Source of the DNA: Candidatus Moraniibacteriota bacterium
GTDB taxonomy: Bacteria; Patescibacteriota; Minisyncoccia; Moranbacterales; UBA1568
Direction of reading: 5' to 3'
Assembly (NCBI GenBank): GCA_028711705.1
Contig: JAQTRS010000002.1
Span: forward strand, 73,617-137,616
DNA: 64,000 nucleotides
The position numbers were made by a program, and so were the translations under genes. Below the pieces are notes generated by a model, which was not told the DNA's origin, did not search any database, and saw only the letters and a list, made by a program, of their open reading frames with translations. Shown piece by piece: positions 38,738-49,690 of the stretch (position 1 is the first letter of the stretch; each line of letters begins with the position of its first letter).

Positions 38738-39595
38738 TTAAGCATTCAGGAATTTTTTCATGAAAATATCGTAGCGGAACTGTCGAAGCTTGGGCCATTT
38801 GTGCATACGGACCAGCAACCACACTGCGCGGCAAAATTCAAACTCATGGGTATATTGCGATACGGGGGGCAGTCCCGCCTCAGCAAAGACACTATCTATC
38901 ACCTCCAAGTACCGCTGTTTTTGTTTGTCTGTAAACTGATAGCCGGTAATGAATTCATAGCCCGGCACGGAAGGAAAATAGTCAACGGTCACCAGCGCGC
39001 TTATCAAGTCATACCCGATAGGACCGGATGAGGCGACTTCCAGATCGATGATGCCACCGGTATGGATATTGTGCGGATTGCAATCTCCATGAGTGAGGCA
39101 AAATGGGAACAGTGCCAATTTTTTCATCGCTTCGATATAATACTTCTGGATACGCGGCGCAAGATCAGGAAATTCATCTAGCAACATCGGCATATGGATA
39201 CTGTCCGCGAAACGGTCCTCATCTCTTTGCTCGCCGCATGTCGAAACTTGCGCCCGAGCGAAACGTTTCATGATAGCAAGAAAATCTTCAAACCTCTCAT
39301 CGCTTATACGTCCATACTTCTTCACATCCCGTGCAAACAATTCCCCATAATGCTCCGCTCCGAGGGAGGTCTCGATAAAATATAATTGCCCTTCATACTC
39401 CCCTTCCTTAAGCAAACGCGCCACAGGAAATGAAAGTTCTTCCATCCGCTTATGGATAGCTAATTCCTGAATGATTCTCCCCTTCTCTCCCAAACGCAAA
39501 AATGTATCCGCTCCCTTGTAGATTGCCGATTCATTATCCCGCTGTATCTTTACCAACACAAAGTTTTCACCGTTGATTGCTATAGAAGGCTTCAT
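38738..39595 (-). CDS. Aminoglycoside phosphotransferase/choline kinase-like protein
   Basis: HGDCNPHN Brenner motif, IIDLE. Confidence 0.8.
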   Translation of the reverse strand: MKPSIAINGENFVLVKIQRDNESAIYKGADTFLRLGEKGRIIQELAIHKRMEELSFPVARLLKEGEYEGQLYFIETSLGAEHYGELFARDVKKYGRISDERFEDFLAIMKRFARAQVSTCGEQRDEDRFADSIHMPMLLDEFPDLAPRIQKYYIEAMKKLALFPFCLTHGDCNPHNIHTGGIIDLEVASSGPIGYDLISALVTVDYFPSVPGYEFITGYQFTDKQKQRYLEVIDSVFAEAGLPPVSQYTHEFEFCRAVWLLVRMHKWPKLRQFRYDIFMKKFLNA

Positions 39596-39742
39596 AGACC
39601 GTATACTCAATAGTACTTTGAGTATGATGCAATCCGCTGTGCCTGTCAAAATGAAAACCACAAATACACTCCTGCCGATAAAATACCTCGGAAATCAAAA
39701 GCATGCTACAATAAACCGGCAAACACGCTACTATTCAGACTT

Positions 39743-40210
39743 ATGATAAAAATCTACTATAAAGATTCTGGGGCGCCAAAACCCAATCAACCAATAATCC
39801 CCTCTGTGCATGGCGTCATTATAAACGATTCCGATGAGATTCTTCTTCATAAAAGAGAAGACAGCCCTATTTGGGCAATTCCTGGAGGAAAAATTGAAAT
39901 CAACGAGTCGATTGAACAATGCCTCAAGCGTGAAATGCAAGAGGAGCTTGGTGTCGAAGTCTCCGCAAAACGCTTGCTGGGAGTCTATACTGATCCATCC
40001 TATATTCTCGCCTTGGGTGATAATATACAGAGAGTCTTCCTTATAGTGTTCCTTTGCACCATTACAAGTGGGAATCTTAAACTTACAAATGAAACTATGG
40101 AATATCGCTGGTTTACAAAAAAAGATTTGTCTTCCATTGAAACTTTTCCGCTTGTCAAAGAAATAGCAAATCAAATTTTTGATGACACAAAAACCGTTTT
40201 TTTCGATTAA
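39743..40210 (+). CDS. NUDIX hydrolase
   Basis: PGGKIEINESIEQCLKREMQEELG Nudix box. Confidence 0.92.
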   Translation: MIKIYYKDSGAPKPNQPIIPSVHGVIINDSDEILLHKREDSPIWAIPGGKIEINESIEQCLKREMQEELGVEVSAKRLLGVYTDPSYILALGDNIQRVFLIVFLCTITSGNLKLTNETMEYRWFTKKDLSSIETFPLVKEIANQIFDDTKTVFFD

Positions 40211-40515
40211 AAAGAGGCATGTATTTTTCAATACACACCTCATCAGACTCCTTACAAATCGTTGTTTGCTATTAATATTGGATATTAGATCCCGCCTTTT
40301 CATCCCTACTCCATGTAAGAACACTCAAATATACCATATTCAAAGGATTTTGCAAATCTAAGTCTTAAAAAACATAGGATACGTCCTATATAGACTTATT
40401 TTTTATAAACGTGGACTATATCCGACACAATTGAAACCAATTGATCGAAGAATTGCAAACTTAGCATGAACTAGAGATAGACATCAAACAACATCAACTA
40501 ACCTGAAATCAAATT

Positions 40516-41031
40516 TTAAATCTTCTTTTTTGCGATAATATGAAGCTCGAAAAAAGTATGAGGACCAAGCTTTCTATGCATACCCTCATACGAAAAAGCT
40601 TTCTGCTTGACGATTTCTAAATCCCCTATCGCCTGTACGATTTCTTCAAGCGTATACTTGGTCGGCACATTAAGGGTTTCTTCGGGAGTAAACGAAAAAA
40701 CTTCCAAAACTCCGCCAGGATTCAGCGCTTTGCATAATGCGGGGAGAAATTCTTGAAGTGCGTACTCTTTCGGTAAAAATTGGATACTGTGATGTGCGAC
40801 AATGATGTCATATTTTTTAACAGGCTTCCAATTTTTAAGGTCAGCGGAGATATATGAAACGGTAGGGATGCTCTGAAGCGGTCCGGGTGTCTCGGTTTCG
40901 ATGTCTACAGCGTCCACCCGTAAACCGCGTGCGGCCGCATACAAAGGAATAAATCCTTGTCCGCAACCGAGATCAAGAAAAGTCTTGGCGGTTGGGTGTA
41001 TTTCAAAAAGACTCGGATATGAATACTTCAT
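40516..41031 (-). CDS. Class I SAM-dependent methyltransferase
   Basis: LDLGCGQG, AVD, LNPGG. Confidence 0.88.
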   Translation of the reverse strand: MKYSYPSLFEIHPTAKTFLDLGCGQGFIPLYAAARGLRVDAVDIETETPGPLQSIPTVSYISADLKNWKPVKKYDIIVAHHSIQFLPKEYALQEFLPALCKALNPGGVLEVFSFTPEETLNVPTKYTLEEIVQAIGDLEIVKQKAFSYEGMHRKLGPHTFFELHIIAKKKI

Positions 41032-41225
41032 ACGGAATAGTGAAATTAATATGGGCAAGAAAACCACGAGCGACCGTGGTTATTATATCGTTGTGGTCAG
41101 GGATATTTTCTCGCCGTCGCTCAAAAATTCCACGACCCTGGCTCGCGGTTTCATTTACTAATAAAACATCGCTCCGCCCTCCACAAACTAAAAATCGCAA
41201 GCAGTTGCGGTTTTCTTGACGTTTG

Positions 41226-41298
41226 TGGACCCTATCGGAGTCGAACCGATGACCTCCGCATTGCAAATGCGGCGCTCTACCAACTAAGCTAAGGGCCC
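41226..41298 (-). tRNA. tRNA-Ala(TGC)
   Basis: Cloverleaf with anticodon loop TTTGCAA and the G3:U70 pair. Confidence 0.95.
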
Positions 41299-41478
41299 TC
41301 ATAGTGTCGGCGCTTTTTCAGCACTTTTTACAGTGTAAAGGAAAATGCGATTCTTGTCCACCCCTTTTGATACGCATGCCCAAACATTCGCGATTTTACT
41401 TGATTTATGGCGTAATTTTGGTATACTGAAGGCAGCGTAATTTCTCGCCTATCACCTTAAACGCGCCCGAACATACCT

Positions 41479-42948
41479 ATGAAACAGCTCCCTCGCCGCC
41501 TCATTTTCATCCTTTTTGTGTGCTCGTTCTTTTCGACTGCAAGTTTCATCACCTTCTACACCCTCGGCTACCGCTACAATACCGAAAGGGGTATTTTCAT
41601 CTACACCGGATCCATCACCGTTCAGTCCAATCCGGCTATCGTCAATATCTCCGTGGACAATGAACCGAGCAAAGCGAATATCAATCAGCTCAACGGATCC
41701 TATCACCTCGCAGGACTTCAGCCCGGAGAACACTTCATCGAGGTAAGCGCCGACGGCTATACTACCTGGTCCAAGAAATTCATCGTCAATAGCGGCATCT
41801 CCACGGAATTTTGGAATGTCATGCTCACCAAGACCGCGTACGCCGAAACCACCTATCCGACCGAACCGATCAATAAGGTCTTCCCGTCACCGACCAGCAC
41901 CTTGCTCGCCTACGTTTCTACCACCGATGGCGGGTTTTCGGTCAATACCTTCGACACCGAAGCCAATGAGACGGTTTCCATCTTCGATACCCAAGACTAC
42001 GCCTTCGACCGCGATGACAAGGAAAACATCGAGTGGTCCATCGACTCCGACTACGTGAGCATTCCCGTCACAAAAAACGACCAGAAAAACTATTTCATCG
42101 TCAACAACGACACCAAGGAGGTCATCAATCTCCACGATATCGCTCAAATAGAGGATATTCACGGCGTCCGATGGGATTCGTCGCGCAATAAATTCGTGCT
42201 CGCCCTCTCCGGAAAAACGCTTTATGAAGTGAATATCGACAGCCCGGAGGACAAGAAGGTACTCGCGGAGAATGTCCAAAGCTATGATATTTCCGGCAAC
42301 GATATCTATATTTTCGAGCCCGCCCCGAGCCACATCGTCTACAAAACCTCGATCAACAATCTCGAAACGCGCATTCCTGTCACCACCCTCCCGGAATTTT
42401 ATGCCGATGATGACCGCTATTCCATCATAGCCTATGACCAGAACCGCCTTATCCTCATCAACTATTTCACCGGCAAGCTTTTCGGGTATAACAAAAACGA
42501 CGCTTCCATCCGCACCTTCTCGGTCGATGCCGACGCGAAAGGCGCGCAATTCTCCGATGACGGCAAGAAAGTTCTCTATTGGACGGATCGCGAGATGTTT
42601 GTGTACTTCAACCGCGACTGGGAGACCCAACCGGTGCGCCTTGCCGATACATCCATCACGCTCGGACGATTCTCTCAAGGCATCAACAATATCCACTGGG
42701 CCAAGGACTATGAGCACGCCACCTTCTCGGTCGGCAATAGCGTCAAACTCATCGAACTGGATAATCGCGGGGAAAAGAGCATTATGGATGTCATCACGCT
42801 TCCCTACCCGCCGCTCCAGATTCTCAGCAACTTCGACCAGAATATGCTCTTCTACACCCTTACGGAAGGATCCCTCCAAAACCAAGGCCTACGGTCTATC
42901 AATTTCCCCGAGGAAGTCGCCGGACTCTTCACTCCCAACCGGCAGTAG
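41479..42948 (+). CDS. PEGA-domain membrane-anchored protein with beta-propeller region
   Basis: N-terminal TM, GSITVQSNP...LQPGEH...GYTTW (PEGA), FSDDGKK repeats. Confidence 0.75.
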   Translation: MKQLPRRLIFILFVCSFFSTASFITFYTLGYRYNTERGIFIYTGSITVQSNPAIVNISVDNEPSKANINQLNGSYHLAGLQPGEHFIEVSADGYTTWSKKFIVNSGISTEFWNVMLTKTAYAETTYPTEPINKVFPSPTSTLLAYVSTTDGGFSVNTFDTEANETVSIFDTQDYAFDRDDKENIEWSIDSDYVSIPVTKNDQKNYFIVNNDTKEVINLHDIAQIEDIHGVRWDSSRNKFVLALSGKTLYEVNIDSPEDKKVLAENVQSYDISGNDIYIFEPAPSHIVYKTSINNLETRIPVTTLPEFYADDDRYSIIAYDQNRLILINYFTGKLFGYNKNDASIRTFSVDADAKGAQFSDDGKKVLYWTDREMFVYFNRDWETQPVRLADTSITLGRFSQGINNIHWAKDYEHATFSVGNSVKLIELDNRGEKSIMDVITLPYPPLQILSNFDQNMLFYTLTEGSLQNQGLRSINFPEEVAGLFTPNRQ

Positions 42949-42970
42949 TGAACACGGAAAATATGCAGAC

Positions 42971-43001
42971 AAAAAAAACTCCGCCCTGAGGGCGGAGTTT
43001 T
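42971..43001. terminator. Bidirectional intrinsic terminator
   Basis: AAAAAAAACTCCGCCC-TGA-GGGCGGAGTTTT between convergent genes. Confidence 0.85.
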
Positions 43002-43023
43002 GAAGTATGTACAAGTATGATCC

Positions 43024-43476
43024 TTAACGCTTGCTCCACTGTGGAGAACGGCGAGCTTTCTTGAGGCCCGGCTTCTTTCGTTCCACCTCGCGGGAGTCGC
43101 GAACCAGAAGTCCGTTCGCCTTGAGCAGCGCGCGGTTGGCAGCGTCCAATTTGACGAAAGCACGAGCGATAGCCAAACGAGCGGCATCGGCCTGACCATG
43201 AACACCGCCGCCACGGACGAGCAATGTCACGCGGTATCCCATAGCTCCCAAGACGCGAAACGGCGCCATGAAGATATTCTGCAGCTGAGTCGTCGGGAAA
43301 TATTCGCTTCCTGCACGTTCGTTCACCACTACGCCCGGCTCGGCAGCCTTTTCATCAACGAAGAGGCGCACCTGCGCTGTAGCGGTCTTGCGGCGCCCGA
43401 CGGCATAGAAGTACTCTTCGGCAGGAGCCTTCTTCTTCGGGGCGGTCTTTACTTGAGCTTGTTTCGTCGTTGCCAT
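43024..43476 (-). CDS. rpsI: 30S ribosomal protein S9
   Basis: GRRKTA, ERKKPGLKKAR, QWSKR. Confidence 0.98.
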   Translation of the reverse strand: MATTKQAQVKTAPKKKAPAEEYFYAVGRRKTATAQVRLFVDEKAAEPGVVVNERAGSEYFPTTQLQNIFMAPFRVLGAMGYRVTLLVRGGGVHGQADAARLAIARAFVKLDAANRALLKANGLLVRDSREVERKKPGLKKARRSPQWSKR

Positions 43477-43500
43477 ACTTGAAAAAATTACCTTTGAAAA

Positions 43501-43914
43501 TTAAACAGTTCCTTCTGTCACATGGATGTTGTGCGGTTGCTCGGCGGTCTTATACAAAAGAAGCCGGGTAGTCATGCGATCTCGCAGCTTATTCTTCGGA
43601 AGCATCCCATAGACCGCGCTGTAGAGAACCTTTCGGGAATCCTTCTTCATCTGATCGCGGAATGTGATCGATGTGATTCCTCCCGGGTAGCCGCTGAATC
43701 GGTGATACACCTTTCCATCCTGCTTACTTCCCGTCACAATGAGCTCATCCGTGTTGATAACCACTACGAAATCCCCGCCATCTATATGTGGAGCAAAATC
43801 AACCTTCCCTCGTCCGCTCAAAACACGCGTAATTTCAGTCGCCAAACGACCGAGCACTTTGCCTCGTGCATCAAAAAGGTAGTATCTGCGATTGATCGAT
43901 TTCTTTGTTGTCAT
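43501..43914 (-). CDS. rplM: 50S ribosomal protein L13
   Basis: LGRLAT, SGYPGG, GMLPKN. Confidence 0.97.
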   Translation of the reverse strand: MTTKKSINRRYYLFDARGKVLGRLATEITRVLSGRGKVDFAPHIDGGDFVVVINTDELIVTGSKQDGKVYHRFSGYPGGITSITFRDQMKKDSRKVLYSAVYGMLPKNKLRDRMTTRLLLYKTAEQPHNIHVTEGTV

Positions 43915-43938
43915 AACTTAGGTTCTTATACTCACGTT

Positions 43939-44304
43939 TTATACGAATTCAATGATGGCCATCCGAGCTCCGTCGGTCTTGCGTGGTTCAAGCTTGACGA
44001 CACGGACGTATCCGCTCTGTCTGGTCTCGAATCGCTGAGAGAAATCGCTGAGCATCTTCTTGGCGGCCATAGCAGGCAGATCCTGATTGAGTCCTCGGAG
44101 CAGGGCGACCTTTCGATCGACGTCGCTGCGAGCTTCCTTGGCCTTGTTAACAACCTGATCGATGAAGTTCTTGATCTCCTTAGCCTTGGCTTCGGTGGTC
44201 GTAATCCTCTCATGCATCACCAAGCTTCCCAAAAGAGTCTTGATAAGAGCCTTCCTTTGGTTTCGTTCCCTGCCAAGAGTTCGTCCTGCTACTCTGTGTT
44301 TCAT
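43939..44304 (-). CDS. rplQ: 50S ribosomal protein L17
   Basis: MKHR, ITTTEAKAKE, DGARMAIIE. Confidence 0.96.
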   Translation of the reverse strand: MKHRVAGRTLGRERNQRKALIKTLLGSLVMHERITTTEAKAKEIKNFIDQVVNKAKEARSDVDRKVALLRGLNQDLPAMAAKKMLSDFSQRFETRQSGYVRVVKLEPRKTDGARMAIIEFV

Positions 44305-44359
44305 ATGCGTATACAATATCAGCCACCAAGAGTCTTCTTTCTCGATCGCCTTTCTTACT

Positions 44360-45292
44360 TTACTTAAGACTTAATCCCTTCGCTTCAAGCGCTTTTTTGA
44401 TATCCTTGATCGCCTTGGCGGTAATGCCGGTCATCGATGCAAGGGTTTCTTCTGTCTGCTTCGCCAAATCATGGGCAGTCTTAATATCATTCTCTTCCAA
44501 AACCTTCACCACCTTCGCAGAAATGCCCGTAAGGCCGGCTACCAAAACGATAGAGGCAGCCTCGCTGTCGATGTCATGCGCCGCTTCGGTGTCGATCGCT
44601 TCCGGAGCCTCCACTCCCAATAATGCGGAGTACTGCTCCACCAGGATCGTCGTCGCCTTGGTAAATGCCTCTTCCGGAGAAACGCTACCGTCGGTCACGA
44701 TTTCAAGAGTTACCTTGTCGAAGTCAGTCCGCTTTCCGACACGCATATTCTCCACATCGTAGTTCACGCGACGGATAGGGGTGTAGATCGCGTCGATAGC
44801 GATTACGCCGATTTCCTTGGACTCGCGCTCCTGCTGCTCGACGGGAATATATCCGACTCCCTTATCGACTTCGATTTCCATAGTGAGTTCGGTTTTCTTG
44901 TCGGTGATGGTCGCGATAAGCTGATCCAGGTTGACCACTTCGATATCCGAAGTCGTCTTGAAGGACTTCGCGGTCACTTCTCCCTCGCCCTTGGCGTGCA
45001 AAGTGAGTTTGATAGCGTCGTCACCCTGCATGCGAAAACGGAGCTTCTTGAGATTGAGGATAATCTGAACCACGTCTTCCATCACCCCTGGAAGCGTAGA
45101 AAATTCGTGCGTCACACCCTCGATTTTGACGGATCTGATAGCAGATCCTTCCAGCGAGGAAAGCAAAACACGTCGCAAGGCATTGCCTAAGGTAGGGCCG
45201 TATCCAGGGTAGCAACCGTGGATTTCAAACGTACCATGGCTTTCGCTGATGGCAGTATACTTTGGCTTGTGAGGGAGTGATATTCTCTGCAT
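44360..45292 (-). CDS. rpoA: RNA polymerase alpha subunit
   Basis: TLGNALRRVLLSS, HEFSTLPGV. Confidence 0.98.
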   Translation of the reverse strand: MQRISLPHKPKYTAISESHGTFEIHGCYPGYGPTLGNALRRVLLSSLEGSAIRSVKIEGVTHEFSTLPGVMEDVVQIILNLKKLRFRMQGDDAIKLTLHAKGEGEVTAKSFKTTSDIEVVNLDQLIATITDKKTELTMEIEVDKGVGYIPVEQQERESKEIGVIAIDAIYTPIRRVNYDVENMRVGKRTDFDKVTLEIVTDGSVSPEEAFTKATTILVEQYSALLGVEAPEAIDTEAAHDIDSEAASIVLVAGLTGISAKVVKVLEENDIKTAHDLAKQTEETLASMTGITAKAIKDIKKALEAKGLSLK

Positions 45293-45364
45293 AACCTTGT
45301 CACTAATTTAATAATAGTTACCCTTGGATTCTCTACGAAAAGTTTAAAGACGAAAGTTTGGGCT

Positions 45365-45994
45365 TTACTTCGAGTAGTATTCGACCACGATCTGCGGATC
45401 GACACTGATTCCGATACTGTCGCGAGTCGGCAAAGCGATCACCCTACCCTCAAGTTTCGCGGCGTCCAAATCGAGCCATGTCGGAACATCTTTCTTGTTT
45501 TTCAACATTTCCACTTGATTTTTGATATACGTCTTATCTTTCTTGAGGTCACGGATAGCGACCACATCACCGATCTTCACTTTCGCGGAAGGAACATTGA
45601 GCATCACGCCGTTGACGGAAAACATCTTATGACTCACCAACTGCCTCGCCAAAGCGCGGGAAGGCGCGAATCCTAAGCGATACACCACATTGTCAAGGCG
45701 CATCTCGAGGCGGACCAAGAGCAAATCACCCGTAATACCGGCTTTGTTCTGAATTTCCTCGAAGTGTTTGCGGAACTGACGCTCCATGACACCGTAAATA
45801 CGCTTGATCTTCTGCTTCATAGCCAACTGCTTGCCATACTCGCTCAAAGAACGAGAAATGCTCTTGCCATGCGCTCCCGGAGCATACGGCTTGCGAACTA
45901 TAGCGCATTTCGGCCCAAGGCAACGATCACCCTTCAAAAAAAGCTTCTCTCCTGCCCGCCTGCACAATTTACATTTATCCTGAATTCTTGCCAT
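45365..45994 (-). CDS. rpsD: 30S ribosomal protein S4 (Zn-type)
   Basis: CKLCRR, LEMRLDNVVYR, VEYYS. Confidence 0.98.
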   Translation of the reverse strand: MARIQDKCKLCRRAGEKLFLKGDRCLGPKCAIVRKPYAPGAHGKSISRSLSEYGKQLAMKQKIKRIYGVMERQFRKHFEEIQNKAGITGDLLLVRLEMRLDNVVYRLGFAPSRALARQLVSHKMFSVNGVMLNVPSAKVKIGDVVAIRDLKKDKTYIKNQVEMLKNKKDVPTWLDLDAAKLEGRVIALPTRDSIGISVDPQIVVEYYSK

Positions 45995-46036
45995 AGATAT
46001 TGAAAAACGAAATAATCACTCTGTTTAAAACTTTCC

Positions 46037-46501
46037 TTAGACGCGACGCGGCTTGCGTGGACGGCAACCGTTATGAGGTACCGGTGTAATATCTTTGATA
46101 GTGAGGATATTGAAACCATTGTTGGCCAAAGCGCGGATAGCCGCTTCACGTCCGCTTCCCACACCCTTCACAAACACTTCAAGCTCTTGCAGTCCATATT
46201 TCTTCACCTTTTCAGAAACTTCGGCCACCACCTGCGTCGAGGCATAAGGGGTCGATTTCTTCGCGCCCTTGAATCCGAGGTGTCCGGAGCTTGACCAAGC
46301 CAAAACAGCTCCATTGATATCGCAGAGCGATACGATGGTATTGTTATAGGTGCACTGGATGCTGGCGCGTCCCTTCAGAATCTGATTCTTGATCTTCTTC
46401 TTTTTCTTCGCAGGAGCCTCCGCAGCGTCAGTTTTTGGTGCCATGGCGGAGTCGGAAGACTCGCTCGCAACCATATTGTCTTGTGTTCGTTCTTCGGTCA
46501 T
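46037..46501 (-). CDS. rpsK: 30S ribosomal protein S11
   Basis: GFKGAKKSTPYA, PHNGCRP. Confidence 0.98.
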   Translation of the reverse strand: MTEERTQDNMVASESSDSAMAPKTDAAEAPAKKKKKIKNQILKGRASIQCTYNNTIVSLCDINGAVLAWSSSGHLGFKGAKKSTPYASTQVVAEVSEKVKKYGLQELEVFVKGVGSGREAAIRALANNGFNILTIKDITPVPHNGCRPRKPRRV

Positions 46502-46543
46502 AAACAAAGGTGGTTTATCAATCTTAATAAAATGAAGGGGGTC

Positions 46544-46930
46544 TTAGGTCTTTTCAGCCGATCGTCTTCCGCTTCCCATCGTCTTTCGCACATTACCCCG
46601 TACGGTGCGGGTATTGGTCTTGGTTCGCTGTCCGCGGACCGGGAGGCCTTTCTGATGTCTTGAACCGCGATAGCAGCCGATTTCCTTCAGGCGTTTGATG
46701 TTCATTTTGACAGAGTGTCGGAGCTCTCCCTCGACACGAACGCTTTTCTCGATCTCTTCACGCAATTTGTTGGCATCCGCATCACTCAAATCTTTCGTAC
46801 GGATATTCGGGTCGACACCGACCTCGGCGAGGATTTTTTTGCTTATCGAAAGACCGACACCGAAAATATACGTGAGGGCGATTTCGATTCTCTTATTATC
46901 TGGAATGTTAACTCCTGCTATTCTTACCAT
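46544..46930 (-). CDS. rpsM: 30S ribosomal protein S13
   Basis: [19 protein letters not shown]. Confidence 0.98.
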   Translation of the reverse strand: MVRIAGVNIPDNKRIEIALTYIFGVGLSISKKILAEVGVDPNIRTKDLSDADANKLREEIEKSVRVEGELRHSVKMNIKRLKEIGCYRGSRHQKGLPVRGQRTKTNTRTVRGNVRKTMGSGRRSAEKT

Positions 46931-46995
46931 ACGTGAGGTTCTCAATGTTCATGAATTAAATACGGGATACCGCGGAGGCTCAAACGAATCTTGAT

Positions 46996-47112
46996 TTATC
47001 CCTGACGCTGCTTGTGCTTCGGATTGGTCAGGCAGATAACATACAGACTCCCTCGTCGCTTTACCACCTTGCACTTCGCACATATTTTTTTGACAGACGC
47101 TCGTACCTTCAT
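46996..47112 (-). CDS. rpmJ: 50S ribosomal protein L36
   Basis: Not in ORF track; manual translation [38 protein letters not shown]. Confidence 0.97.
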   Translation of the reverse strand: MKVRASVKKICAKCKVVKRRGSLYVICLTNPKHKQRQG

Positions 47113-47151
47113 AACTTCAAAATTATCAATAACTTTATAAGGAAACTTCCT

Positions 47152-47379
47152 TTATTTCATCCGCTGCACGATCCGTCCTTTCGTCAAATCGTAGGGACTC
47201 ATCTCCAAAACAACCCTATCACCCGGCAAAAGCCGGATGTAATTCACTCGCATTCTCCCAGAGATATGCGCCAAGACATCATGTCCATTATCCAGTTTTA
47301 CACGGAATGTCGTACTTGGCAAGGTCTCGATGACCTCTCCCTCCATTCGGATAACCTCCTTCTCGTTCCCTTTTGCCAT
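47152..47379 (-). CDS. infA: Translation initiation factor IF-1
   Basis: [19 protein letters not shown]. Confidence 0.98.
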   Translation of the reverse strand: MAKGNEKEVIRMEGEVIETLPSTTFRVKLDNGHDVLAHISGRMRVNYIRLLPGDRVVLEMSPYDLTKGRIVQRMK

Positions 47380-47533
47380 AGTATGTCGATATTCCTTCTA
47401 TACGCATAAGGGCAAACACCCCGTAAAAAACAAAAAACAGAGGACAGGTACTTAGGAATTCCCGTATGGAAGCCACACAAGAAAATACCTCTATTTGAAG
47501 CTCTTTATGCAATTTTTTATTAGTGTACTTTGT

Positions 47534-47561
47534 ATTGTAGCAAAGATTAAACTTTTGTCAA
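47534..47561 (-). promoter_or_regulatory. Sigma70 promoter of the infA-alpha cluster
   Basis: TTGACA, 16-nt spacer, TACAAT with TGn. Confidence 0.65.
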
Positions 47562-47608
47562 ATGTTTGGGGCATATCGACCCTTTGAATTGCCTGGAAAT
47601 AATCGCTC

Positions 47609-48340
47609 CTACTTCCCGAAGCGGCGGCCGCGGTTCTGATAGTCCTCGATGGCGAGGATGAATTCCTTCTCATCGAAGTCCGGGTAGCGCTTGTCTGAAA
47701 AATAGAGCTGGGAATTGGCGATGTCCCACATCATGAATCCGGCGCTCAAATGGGGCTCCCCGCCCGTCCGGATGAGCAGATCCACCGGAGGAAGCTCATG
47801 CGTCATCAGATTTCGCTTGATAACGGAGGTGTCGATAGCATCCGGTTCGCCGCCATACTGAGCTGCGATCTTACGGATAGCCAGCATCATCTCGTCGTCC
47901 CCGCTATAGGCCAGGAAGAAATTAAGGAAATACTGATCGTAATCCTTGGTGCTTTCGATACATCGGTACAGGATCTTCTTGAGCGGTGACGGGAATTGCT
48001 CTTCCCAGTGTCCGATGAAGTTGATACGTGCCCTGTCCTGATGGATGTCCGGACTGTCGCAGAGTTTTGAAAAATACGTCGTATAGATCTTGATCAGAGC
48101 CTGGGTTTCCGGGAGTGGACGCTTTTCAAGATTCTCCACCGATGAACCCCAGATGGAGACGTGGCGAATACCCATGGCACGCGCCTGACGGACCAATCTT
48201 TCCGTGTTCTGAGCGCCGGCCTCATGACCCTCCCATGGTTTCAATCCCCGATCGGTCGCCCACCGGCGATTGCCATCGGGAATGATGACAACATGCTTCG
48301 GGAGTGGTTTTTGTTCGCTTAACTGTTCCGCCATGATCAT
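47609..48340 (-). CDS. uppS: Undecaprenyl diphosphate synthase (cis-prenyltransferase)
   Basis: IIPDGNRRWA, DLLIRTGGE. Confidence 0.95.
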   Translation of the reverse strand: MIMAEQLSEQKPLPKHVVIIPDGNRRWATDRGLKPWEGHEAGAQNTERLVRQARAMGIRHVSIWGSSVENLEKRPLPETQALIKIYTTYFSKLCDSPDIHQDRARINFIGHWEEQFPSPLKKILYRCIESTKDYDQYFLNFFLAYSGDDEMMLAIRKIAAQYGGEPDAIDTSVIKRNLMTHELPPVDLLIRTGGEPHLSAGFMMWDIANSQLYFSDKRYPDFDEKEFILAIEDYQNRGRRFGK

Positions 48341-48438
48341 TTCTTACTACTTAGATACGTTCATATATTGATTCACCTTACCGTGCTTTGCCCCTCCGGT
48401 CAAGACACATAAAAAAACAGCCTTTCGTATCAGGACAA

Positions 48439-49512
48439 TCAACAATCGCGCTGCATCATATAGTCCGCTACGCCGATCAGAAATTCTTGCGCCTCATTAT
48501 CGATACCCTCTAATTCTAACACAGCTTTTCGTCCTTCCGAAATATATCGCTTCGCCATAGACTGTGCGTATTCCAAAGCGCCGGACTGGCGTACCAAGAC
48601 GCGGAAGCGATCCCTATCCTCTCTTGTCAAAGCGATCCCTTTCTGAAGCAGCTGCAAGAATTCCTCCTTTTCACCGGGAGCTAACGATCGTACGGCGTGA
48701 CACACTAAAAGCGTCCACTTCCCTTCCACGATATCCGAACCCACCGGCTTACCAAGCTTTTCTTCAGATCCGAAAATACCTAAGATATCGTCTTGTATCT
48801 GAAACGCGATGCCTATCGGAATGGCATAGCGGCTCAATCCATCCAGGAGCGCATCGCTGCCGCTGCCAAAAATGGCCCCTAGCTGCAAAGGCCCTTCGAC
48901 AGTATAGCGCGCCGTCTTGTATTCATACATACGCAGAATTTCCTCTTCCGTCGCCTCCTTGGCATATTCGATATATACATCCTTCGTCTGGCCGATAACG
49001 GTGAGCGCCACGATGGACTGTAGCTTCGAAAGAGCCTTCAGGATAAGCGCCGAGTCGAAGGGCGAATCAAACAGCACCTGGTTGCCCAAAGCATACATCA
49101 TATCCCCCATGATGAGGGCTATCGAATTGCCGAAGTGATCCCCTTCCAGCTTCGGGAAGATCTTCTTTCCGATTTTCCCATAGTGGACATGCACCGTTTC
49201 CACATTATGCCGCAGGGCGTCGCGGTCGATGATATCATCATGAATGAGAAGGAAGATGTGGATGAGCTCGACGCTGAGCGCCACCTTGAGCATCCTCTCC
49301 TTCTCCTGACCGCCGGAAGCCAGGTATCCATAGTACATGAATGTCGATCGCAAACGTTTCCCGCCCGAAAGCGAGAAGGTTTTGATATATTCCAGCGCTC
49401 CCGACACGAACGTATCCTGCTTTTGCGCCTCCTCGATAACCTTATCCAGATACAGAGCCAATTCGACATCAAACTTCTGCTTATACTCCCTCAAGACCGC
49501 CTGAATATCCAT
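48439..49512 (-). CDS. trans-Polyprenyl diphosphate synthase
   Basis: GGKRLR, LIHDDIID, FQIQDDIL. Confidence 0.93.
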   Translation of the reverse strand: MDIQAVLREYKQKFDVELALYLDKVIEEAQKQDTFVSGALEYIKTFSLSGGKRLRSTFMYYGYLASGGQEKERMLKVALSVELIHIFLLIHDDIIDRDALRHNVETVHVHYGKIGKKIFPKLEGDHFGNSIALIMGDMMYALGNQVLFDSPFDSALILKALSKLQSIVALTVIGQTKDVYIEYAKEATEEEILRMYEYKTARYTVEGPLQLGAIFGSGSDALLDGLSRYAIPIGIAFQIQDDILGIFGSEEKLGKPVGSDIVEGKWTLLVCHAVRSLAPGEKEEFLQLLQKGIALTREDRDRFRVLVRQSGALEYAQSMAKRYISEGRKAVLELEGIDNEAQEFLIGVADYMMQRDC

Positions 49513-49603
49513 AGTTCATCCACATCATTTATGCACTCCATTGTAGCATTTAAATACCAATGATACAAAAAGATTCCATTTTCGATGGAATCTTTTTTGC
49601 ATG

Positions 49604-49675
49604 TGACCTTAAGGGGAATCGAACCCCTGTTACCAGGATGAGAACCTGGCGTCCTAGCCGCTAGACGATAAGGCC
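49604..49675 (-). tRNA. tRNA-Glu(CTC)
   Basis: GGCCTTATCGTCTAGCGG...TTCTCAT...GGTTCGATTCC. Confidence 0.93.
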
Positions 49676-49690
49676 TATAGCACTTCATTC

